A stretch of DNA of 16,714 nt from an uncultured archaeon (GTDB taxonomy: Archaea; Iainarchaeota; Iainarchaeia; Iainarchaeales; Iainarchaeaceae), in the NCBI GenBank assembly GCA_964577555.1, contig CAZNZM010000012.1, positions 1 to 16,714 on the forward strand. Direction: 5' to 3'. Position numbers and translations under genes: made by a program. This document shows positions 10,230 to 16,714 of the stretch, in pieces (the first letter of the stretch is position 1; the number at the start of each line of letters is the position of its first letter). The notes beneath the pieces were generated by a model. The model was given only the letters and a program-made list of their open reading frames with translations, ran no database searches and was not told where the DNA came from.

Positions 10230-11242
10230 ATGATAGATTATTCAGAGATTTTAAATTCTTGTTTTTCCTGGTTTAAAGACAATAAATCACGAAAATATTT
10301 TTTGATTACTTTTGCCGGCTTGTTTTTGATAAATATTGTCTTTCAAGCAATCGGTTTAGGGGCAAGTTATAATTTCGGAACTTCCAACTTAGGTTTAAGT
10401 AATTATTCTTCTTATCAAACCTTTGAAAATTTTTTTACCAGCATTTTCACCGCCTTTGCATTTTTTATTGCATTGGCATTGATTTTTGTCATAATCCAAT
10501 TTTTTGTTGTAAAGTATTTTGAGGGACGCATTATAAAGAACGCACTGGAATTTAAAGGCATAAAAGTTCCCGACTTCAATTTTAATAAATTCTTAAAATT
10601 TTGTATGCTGCAAATATGGGTTTTTTTCGTTGCTGTTGCAAGTTGGCATAATAAAATATTTTTTGTAATTTTCCTGTTGGCTGTTCTTCTTTCAGTAATT
10701 GGCGTGGCTTTGACAATTTTTATGAAAGGTTTTTTATTTATAGGAACTATAGTTTTGTTTTTGGCAAGTGTAATTTTTTTTGTTTATTTTATTGTTGTAC
10801 TTTATAATTTTTTGAGGCTTGCACTTTCAAATGTACATTTTATTAGCAACGATGTTTCAATAACCAATACCACTAAAGAAATTTGGAATTTAACAAGCGG
10901 CAAGGTTTGTCACTTTTGATTTTGATGGTGATTTTTTTTGCAATAGCGGTTGTTTTAGGAATTGTTTATTTTTTTATTAATTTTATTTTTTCAATTTTAT
11001 TATTGGTTTTTTATATTATTCCCGGGTTAAGTTTAATAGTTTCAACAATATTTTCAACTGCTCTGGATAGCGCTTACACAGCTTTATTAATGTTCGTGGT
11101 AAATTTTGGATTGGTGGAGTTTTATTTGAAATTTGCAAAAGAAGTCAACACGGTTGTAAATTCTGGGAATCTGGCTTATACTTCACAGCAAACCGCCAAA
11201 AAATTCAAATACGCTGAAAAAAACCAATTGAAAAAAAACTAA
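10230..11242 (+). pseudogene. Polytopic membrane protein of unknown function, apparently split by a 1-nt frameshift near 10904
   Basis: ORFs 10125-10919 (likely ATG 10230) and 10883-11242 (TTG start) are both strongly hydrophobic. Re-reading one base at 10904 gives a continuous '...TKEIWNLTSGK-GLSLLILMVIFFAIAVVLGIVYF...'. Confidence 0.55.
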
Positions 11243-11299
11243 TCTTTGTTTTTGCAAAGGCTAAATGATTTATTTTAGCTAAAAACCCTATCTGCAAAA

Positions 11300-11520
11300 A
11301 AACCTGAAAAAATAAAAAATCAATTCAAAAAAACTTTTCACAAAATCAAGACAAAAAACAAAAAATAATAAATCAAAAAATTCTCAAAACGAACAAAAAA
11401 ATTCAAAAATGGCTCGCCAAAAAAAACAAAAAAACAAAAAAATAAAAACAACTAAAAAAATGGCTACATAAAAAAAGCTTGAAAAAAAATAGACAAAAAA
11501 ACAAAATGGCAAATTTGCTT
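11300..11520 (-). repeat. A-rich (poly-T on the - strand) intergenic array related to the AGCC/poly-T family, inverted orientation
   Basis: - strand reads ...CAAGCTTTTTTTATGTAGCCATTTTTTTAGTTG...TTTTTTTTGGCGAGCCATTTTTGAATTTTTTTGTTCG..., with the same spaced AGCC words and T tracts as the other arrays. Confidence 0.6.
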
Positions 11521-11609
11521 TTGAAAAACCAATTCAAATTAAAATCGCCTAAAAAACGCAGCAACAAGAAAAGCAAGCTTTTTTATTCAACAAATGCATC
11601 AAATTTATG

Positions 11610-12497
11610 ATGATTATTTTTAGCTTTGGAAACTCTCAAAACCTTGCAAAAAAAATAGCAAAAACAACAATGGCAAAACTTGGAAAAATAGAATACAATA
11701 CATTTCCAGACGAAGAACTTTATATAAGGTTCATGAATAAGGTTGATGGCGAAAAAGTTGTTATTGTAGAAAGCATGTTTCCAAACCCAAACTTGTCTTT
11801 GTTAAAACTTTATTTTGCTGGGAGAACTGCAAAAAGCCTTGGCGCGAAAAAAGTTATTGCTGTAATACCTTATCTTGGATTCATGCGACAGGACAAAAGA
11901 TTCAAGGATGGAGAATGCATATCAAGCAGGGAAATGGCTCATTTGATTAATTCTTCCTTTGATTCAATAATAACAATAGACCCACATTTGCATAGGATAA
12001 AAAACATGACTGACATATTTCACATTGAAAGAAAAAAACTTTCGGCAAATTCATTGATTGCAGAATATATAAAAAAGCATTTTAATCAAAAAACTGCAAT
12101 AATAGCCGGTCCTGACATTGAAAGTAGCCAATGGGCAAAAGCTATTGCTGATTCAATTCATTACGATTCCGTGATATTTCTCAAAGAAAGAAAAGGTCCA
12201 AGGAATGTTAAAATAAACGTTACAATGGAAATGAATTGGAATAAAAAGGACATAATAATAATTGACGATATTGTAAGTTCTGGACACACTATGATTGAAG
12301 CAATAAAAGAAATAAAAAAAAGGAATCCGAATTCAGTGAATTGCATTTGTGTACATGGGCTTTTTGTAGAAGGCGCCTATGAAAAAATCTTGAAAACCGG
12401 AATAAACAAAATTGTCAGTACAAATACAATTGAACACAAAAGCAATAAAATAGATGTTTCAGGAATAATAGCTGAAGAGATTTTGAAATACGATTAA
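11610..12497 (+). CDS. prs: Ribose-phosphate pyrophosphokinase (PRPP synthetase)
   Basis: 'FPDEELYIRF', 'IPYLGFMRQDKRFKDGECISSR', 'IDPHLHRI', PRPP motif 'DIIIIDDIVSSGHTM'. The start could be the adjacent ATG at 11607. Confidence 0.94.
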   Translation: MIIFSFGNSQNLAKKIAKTTMAKLGKIEYNTFPDEELYIRFMNKVDGEKVVIVESMFPNPNLSLLKLYFAGRTAKSLGAKKVIAVIPYLGFMRQDKRFKDGECISSREMAHLINSSFDSIITIDPHLHRIKNMTDIFHIERKKLSANSLIAEYIKKHFNQKTAIIAGPDIESSQWAKAIADSIHYDSVIFLKERKGPRNVKINVTMEMNWNKKDIIIIDDIVSSGHTMIEAIKEIKKRNPNSVNCICVHGLFVEGAYEKILKTGINKIVSTNTIEHKSNKIDVSGIIAEEILKYD

Positions 12498-12607
12498 AAA
12501 ATAAAATCAGTTAAAAAAAATTTCGTTTAAACAAAAAACAGCGCAATTTATAATCAAATCATATTTTCTAATCTGTGGTTTTGCAAAAATTTTTTTATTA
12601 GGAAAGG

Positions 12608-12615
12608 TTATAAAT
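12608..12615 (+). promoter_or_regulatory. Putative TATA box (TTATAAAT) for the methyltransferase gene
   Basis: Centred about 26 nt upstream of the ATG at 12638, consistent with a leaderless mRNA. Confidence 0.55.
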
Positions 12616-12637
12616 TCTCTTTTGTTAAAAATCTTGG

Positions 12638-13264
12638 ATGCGTGAAGAAATCATAAAAAAATATGTTGGGAAGTATTCTCTTGACGTAGTAGATAATCAT
12701 AACTCTTTAGAACTTTATGAAGGATTTTTCAAAAACATGGGTTTAAAAAAAACAATAAAAGATATGATAACCGAAAAAATAGAGGGCAAGGGAAAAGTAA
12801 AGGTAATGGATATTGGTTCTGGCGACTGTGGTTTTTTGCACGATTTGAAAAAAATTTTTGGCGAAAAAATTGAAACAATTGGCATTGATTTGCTTGTACC
12901 TGAAAAAAAACCAGATAAAATTATTCCTGGCGATGCGTTAGAAATTGATTTTCCGCAAAATATTGACTTTGTTTTTTCTTTCAGGGCGCTTCATGAAATA
13001 GGCGAACCTGAAAAAATTGTCAAGAAAGTTTATAACTGCTTGGCAAAAAACGGAAAAGCGTTTCTTTCGTTCAGAACGGCTGACCTTTATTTTGGCGGGA
13101 ATGGCATAGGGGAAATAGGTGAAAAAGAAATCAAGCAATTGCAAAAAATGGTTAAAAACGGCAGGCTTGGCGGATTCAATGTTAAAGGTTTTGAAGTAAT
13201 TGTCGCAAACGATAAAGAAAGCATTGTTGCAGGCGTAAATATTTTTCTTGAAAAGGATAATTGA
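12638..13264 (+). CDS. Class I SAM-dependent methyltransferase, substrate unknown
   Basis: 'VKVMDIGSGDCGFLHDL', 'ETIGIDLL', 'GDALEIDFPQNIDFVFSFRALHEI', 'LAKNGKAFLSF'. Confidence 0.75.
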   Translation: MREEIIKKYVGKYSLDVVDNHNSLELYEGFFKNMGLKKTIKDMITEKIEGKGKVKVMDIGSGDCGFLHDLKKIFGEKIETIGIDLLVPEKKPDKIIPGDALEIDFPQNIDFVFSFRALHEIGEPEKIVKKVYNCLAKNGKAFLSFRTADLYFGGNGIGEIGEKEIKQLQKMVKNGRLGGFNVKGFEVIVANDKESIVAGVNIFLEKDN

Positions 13265-13384
13265 ATTGATGTTGAAAATAGTTCAATGATAAAAGTTTTT
13301 TTTTAGATGAAGATTTTTCAACCGCTGAAAATACGCTTTCTTGCCAATCATTTTTTAGGCGCGTTTATTTTTTGAATTCAAATT

Positions 13385-13710
13385 TGTTGTTAGCTTTTTT
13401 GACAGCCATTTTTTTGTCATTTTTTTTGTGAATTTTTTTGTGAGCCGGTTTTTTTTGTGTTTTTTTGTTTTTGGTTTGTTTTTGTTGAGCCATCTTTTGT
13501 CATTTTTTTTGAATCGTTTTTTTTAAGCCATTTTTTTGTTGTGTTTTAGCCAATTTTTTTTGTCATTGTTTTTTTTAATTTTGAATTTTGTTTTTTTTGT
13601 GAGTCGGTTTTTTTAGGCGATTTTTTTTCATGATTTTTTTTGAACGTTTTTTTAATTTTTTTTGTGAGCCGTTTTTTTTTAGACAATTTTTGTTTTGTTT
13701 TTTTTATAAA
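13385..13710 (+). repeat. Poly-T/AGCC intergenic repeat array containing a near-identical copy of the 142-bp unit seen at 12-295
   Basis: 13481-13603 matches 33-158 with one substitution (catat/catct) and two T-tract length differences (-2, -1). Flanking T-rich sequence carries further GTGAGCC words. Confidence 0.85.
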
Positions 13711-13798
13711 ATATTTTGCCAAGTATGTTGTTTCAAATTTAAGGATTATTTTTTTAAATTATTGGTAATAAAAAAGGTTTTTTTTGCAATGATATTGG

Positions 13799-13806
13799 TT
13801 TAAATT
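13799..13806 (+). promoter_or_regulatory. Putative TATA box (TTTAAATT) upstream of ftsZ
   Basis: AT-rich box in an intergenic region. The predicted TSS near 13830 would leave a ~40-nt 5' UTR carrying a purine-rich GGAAGGGG before the ATG at 13870. Confidence 0.35.
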
Positions 13807-13869
13807 CTTTTTATGGGGCGTTCTATTATTAATAATTGTTTAATTAATTTATTTTTGGAAGGGGTTACG

Positions 13870-14997
13870 ATGAAAAATGTAGTGCAAAAAGCTATAAAAC
13901 TTGCAAAAGATGAATCAGAAAAGGCAAAGCCTAAGTCAAAAAAAGTTGTTGAGGATGACGAATCGCTTGTTGAAATGCTGGAGAGCAGTAAAGCCAGAAT
14001 AGCTGTTGTAGGTGTAGGCGGAAGCGGTTGTAATACCATGCAAAGAATGTCTGAAGTAGGAATTATAGGTGCAACCACATTCGCGATAAATACGGATGCT
14101 CAGGATTTGCTTAAGGTAAAGGCTGAGAAAAAAATTCTTATTGGAAAGAAACTTACAAGAGGACTCGGAGCTGGTTCTAATCCTTCAATAGGCGAGGCTT
14201 CGGCTCAGGAATCTCTTGAAGACCTTTCCGAGTCATTGCGCAATTTTGATTTAGTTTTCATAACTTGCGGTTTAGGCGGTGGCACTGGCACTGGCGCAGC
14301 TCCGGTAATAGCTGAACTTGTAAAAAAGAGCAAGGCATTGACAATAGGCGTTGTTACTTTGCCTTTTACTGTTGAAGGAAAAAAGAGAGCTGAAAATGCA
14401 ATGTATGGCCTTTCTAATCTAAGGCAACATGCTGATACAATAATTGTTATTCCAAATGATAAAATACTTGAAATTGCTCCTGATTTGCCGTTAAATGCTG
14501 CTTTCAAGGTTGCTGACGAAGTCCTTACAAATGCTGTGAAAGGAATAACTGAATTAATTACCAAACCAGGTTTGATAAATCTTGATTTTGCAGATTTGAG
14601 AACAATTTTAGAGAAAGGCGGAGCCGCAATGATAGGGTTAGGAGAAAGCGGAACCCAAAGCGGTCCAAGCGAAGCAAGAGCACTTGAAGCAGTTGAGAAT
14701 GCTTTGACTTCGCCATTGCTTGACGTGGATATTTCAAATGCAAATAGAGCTCTTATCAATGTCATTGGAGGTTCTGACATGACATTGAGAGAAGCTGAGT
14801 TGATTGTTGAAGCAGTTGCTGCAAAAATAAATTCTCATGCCCACATAATTTGGGGGGCCATGATTGACGATACAATTCCGAAAAACCAGATTCAAGCAAT
14901 GGTAGTTATTGCCGGCGGAAAATTCCCTTTTTTGGATGAGAATGGTGATATTCCAAAAGGCGGCAATATAGACCTTGGAATACAATTCACTGATTGA
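13870..14997 (+). CDS. ftsZ: Cell division protein FtsZ
   Basis: Tubulin/FtsZ signature 'GLGGGTGTGAAPVIAE', 'VVGVGGSGCNTM', 'AINTD', 'NLDFADLRTIL'. The ORF-track start at 13813 is upstream; ATG at 13870 fits. Confidence 0.94.
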   Translation: MKNVVQKAIKLAKDESEKAKPKSKKVVEDDESLVEMLESSKARIAVVGVGGSGCNTMQRMSEVGIIGATTFAINTDAQDLLKVKAEKKILIGKKLTRGLGAGSNPSIGEASAQESLEDLSESLRNFDLVFITCGLGGGTGTGAAPVIAELVKKSKALTIGVVTLPFTVEGKKRAENAMYGLSNLRQHADTIIVIPNDKILEIAPDLPLNAAFKVADEVLTNAVKGITELITKPGLINLDFADLRTILEKGGAAMIGLGESGTQSGPSEARALEAVENALTSPLLDVDISNANRALINVIGGSDMTLREAELIVEAVAAKINSHAHIIWGAMIDDTIPKNQIQAMVVIAGGKFPFLDENGDIPKGGNIDLGIQFTD

Positions 14998-15113
14998 ATT
15001 CAAAGGGTTTTGGCAGACAAACCAATAAAATAAATTTTTTTTGGAGACTTTTTAGGAGTTACTTTGTCCAGCAGAACCTTTTTATTGTTTTCTTAGGACA
15101 CTATGATTTGTTT

Positions 15114-15296
15114 ATGATTGGCAAAGAGAAAATTAACGAGTTTATAAACTCCAGCATTAGAATATTCAATGTTTCGCGAAAGCCAACAGGAAACGAATAC
15201 AAAATAATGTTGAAAGTAATTGGCATTGGAATTATTTTTATTGGTTTGATTGGTTTTATTGTAAGGCTTGTTTTGGAAGGCTTTTTTAAAATATGA
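15114..15296 (+). CDS. secE: Preprotein translocase subunit SecE (Sec61 gamma)
   Basis: 60-aa protein MIGKEKINEFINSSIRIFNVSRKPTGNEYKIMLKVIGIGIIFIGLIGFIVRLVLEGFFKI: amphipathic helix plus a single TM segment with the 'RVxxxxxKPxxxEY' type motif. Located between ftsZ and spt5 as in many archaea. Confidence 0.88.
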   Translation: MIGKEKINEFINSSIRIFNVSRKPTGNEYKIMLKVIGIGIIFIGLIGFIVRLVLEGFFKI

Positions 15297-15416
15297 TTTT
15301 TAAAGATAATTTTTCTTTTAAAATCGGCTTTCAGTTGTGTTTTTAAACATTTTCAAACGCTTGAATTTAAGTTAACGGCTATTTTTTTAGCTGATTATTT
15401 TTTTATTTGGAAAATG

Positions 15417-15422
15417 AAGGAG
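15417..15422 (+). promoter_or_regulatory. Shine-Dalgarno-like AAGGAG upstream of spt5
   Basis: AAGGAG 7 nt before the ATG at 15430. Confidence 0.5.
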
Positions 15423-15429
15423 CATTAAA

Positions 15430-15870
15430 ATGATTTTTACCGTAAGAACAACAGTTGGACAGGAAAGTCTTGTGGTGGATATACTTTCAAGCAAAATAAA
15501 AATGGATAATTTGAATATTTATTCAATTTCTGTCATTCCAGGGCTTAAAGGTTATGTACTTATAGAAGCAGAAGATGAGGTCACCTTGCGAAGGGGAATT
15601 TCAAATACATCCCACATAAAGGGAAAAGGCATTGTTGGAGGTCAAGTAAAGATTGAAGAACTCAGCGGCTTGCTTGAAGCAAAGCCACTGATGAAAAGCA
15701 TAAAAGAAGGCATGAAAGTGGAACTTATTGCAGGTCCATTTAAAGGTTCTAAAGCAAAGGTTTTAAGGGTAAATGATGCGAAAGAGGAAGTTACGGTGGA
15801 GCTTTTGGATGAAGCAGTAAAAATTCCAGTGACAATTCATGCTGAACATATTAGAATAATCAAAGAGTAA
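15430..15870 (+). CDS. spt5: Transcription elongation factor Spt5 (NusG homologue)
   Basis: NGN domain 'TVRTTVGQESLVVDIL...VIPGLKGYVLIEAE' and KOW domain 'EGMKVELIAGPFKGSKAKVLRV'. Confidence 0.92.
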   Translation: MIFTVRTTVGQESLVVDILSSKIKMDNLNIYSISVIPGLKGYVLIEAEDEVTLRRGISNTSHIKGKGIVGGQVKIEELSGLLEAKPLMKSIKEGMKVELIAGPFKGSKAKVLRVNDAKEEVTVELLDEAVKIPVTIHAEHIRIIKE

Positions 15871-15871
15871 A

Positions 15872-15880
15872 GGAGTTGAT
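15872..15880 (+). promoter_or_regulatory. Shine-Dalgarno-like GGAGTTGAT upstream of rpl11
   Basis: 8/9 match to GGAGGTGAT, 8 nt before the ATG at 15889. Confidence 0.55.
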
Positions 15881-15888
15881 TTTTTTTT

Positions 15889-16362
15889 ATGGCTGAAGTT
15901 AAATTGATGGTTGAAGGCGGAAAAGCAACTGCAGGACCCCCGTTAGGTCCGTCATTAGCGCCGCTTGGAGTTAACATAGGACAAATAGTTTCACAAATAA
16001 ACGAAAAAACAAAAGGCTATGCTGGAATGAAAGTGCCAGTAGTTGTAGAAGTTGACAAATCAAAAAATGTTACTATAAATGTTGGTTCTCCTCCGACTAG
16101 CGCATTGATATTGAAAGAAGCTAAAGCGTCAAAAGGCGGGGCTAATCAAAAAACAGATGCAGTTGGAAATCTCACGATGCAGCAAGTCAAAAAGTTGGCT
16201 GAAATGAAAATGAATTCTTTGTCTTCTTCAAAAATTTATTCAGCAGTAAGGGAAATAGTAGGCACTTGCAATTCAATGGGGATAACAATTGAAGGCAAAC
16301 GCGCAAAAGAAATACAAAAAGAAATCAAGTCAGGCAATTGGGATCATTTGTTAAAAAATTGA
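15889..16362 (+). CDS. rpl11: Large ribosomal subunit protein uL11 (L11)
   Basis: 'LMVEGGKATAGPPLGPSLAPLGVNIGQIVSQINEKT', 'GNLTMQQVKKLAEMK', 'REIVGTCNSMGITIEGK'. Confidence 0.95.
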   Translation: MAEVKLMVEGGKATAGPPLGPSLAPLGVNIGQIVSQINEKTKGYAGMKVPVVVEVDKSKNVTINVGSPPTSALILKEAKASKGGANQKTDAVGNLTMQQVKKLAEMKMNSLSSSKIYSAVREIVGTCNSMGITIEGKRAKEIQKEIKSGNWDHLLKN

Positions 16363-16714
16363 TTTTTTTTAAATTTTTCTTGTATTTTTAGATTTGTTTT
16401 TCTGGAATTTATATTTTTTTACTTGTTTTTTTTGAAAATGAATTATTTTTTTTAGTTATTTTTTTGTTTTTCTTTTATGTTTCTTTGGCTAGCCTTTTTT
16501 TGTCGTATTTTTTTAGAAATTTGTTTGTTTTTTTGTGTGTTGTTTTTTTGTTGTTTGTTTTGGTGAGCCGTTTTTTTTTTGGACAATTTTTGTTTTGTTT
16601 TTTTTTGGTGGGTTTTGTTTTTTTTTGCTAATTTGTTTTTTTTTGTGAGCCGTTTTTTTGAATTCTTTTTTTGTCAAGCTGTTTTTTTGGCGTATTTTTT
16701 TGTTTTTTTAGTTG
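16363..16714 (+). repeat. Poly-T-rich array with GTGAGCCG words, running to the window end
   Basis: GTGAGCCG followed by T tract, GGACAATTTTTGTTTTG and T tract (16563-16604) matches 13664-13705. A second GTGAGCCG lies at about 16643-16650. No coding potential. Confidence 0.8.

Noticed and set aside
10883-11242. Independent small membrane protein starting at the TTG at 10883
   Set aside because: A weak start embedded in the upstream frame, and clean continuity after a 1-nt shift, favour a split single gene.
13264-13870. tRNA or box C/D / H/ACA sRNA genes in intergenic gaps (also checked 11242-11607, 12497-12638 and 15296-15430)
   Set aside because: No tRNA cloverleaf consensus (e.g. GGTTCRANTCC) and no convincing paired C/D boxes could be read. 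A covariance-model scan would be decisive.
14205-14780. 191-aa - strand ORF antisense to ftsZ
   Set aside because: Antisense shadow of a strongly conserved gene with no recognisable domain.

Overview
The window is a gene-dense, AT-rich archaeal chromosome segment. It is probably from a DPANN/Diapherotrites-like lineage, but that placement is inference. Five parts are recognisable. (1) A + strand cluster of rpl21e, rpoF (Rpb4), a DUF655 gene and a KsgA/Dim1-family gene. (2) A long, tightly overlapping - strand de novo pyrimidine operon, pyrB-pyrI-pyrD-pyrK-pyrC-pyrE-pyrF, followed by an AMP-phosphorylase gene. (3) A polytopic membrane protein gene that appears to be split by a 1-nt frameshift. 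(4) A PRPP synthetase gene and a SAM-methyltransferase gene. (5) A + strand cluster of ftsZ, secE, spt5 and rpl11. The strongest unexplained signal is a family of strand-asymmetric poly-T intergenic arrays, punctuated by AGCC / GTCAT / GAATCG words. One is a perfect 142-bp tandem duplication at 12-295. A nearly identical ~123-bp block lies 13.4 kb away at 13481-13603. Further related arrays are at 13.4-13.7 kb and 16.4-16.7 kb, and an inverted-orientation relative is at about 11.3-11.5 kb. I found no CRISPR array, toxin-antitoxin system, phage or transposase genes, or defence genes.
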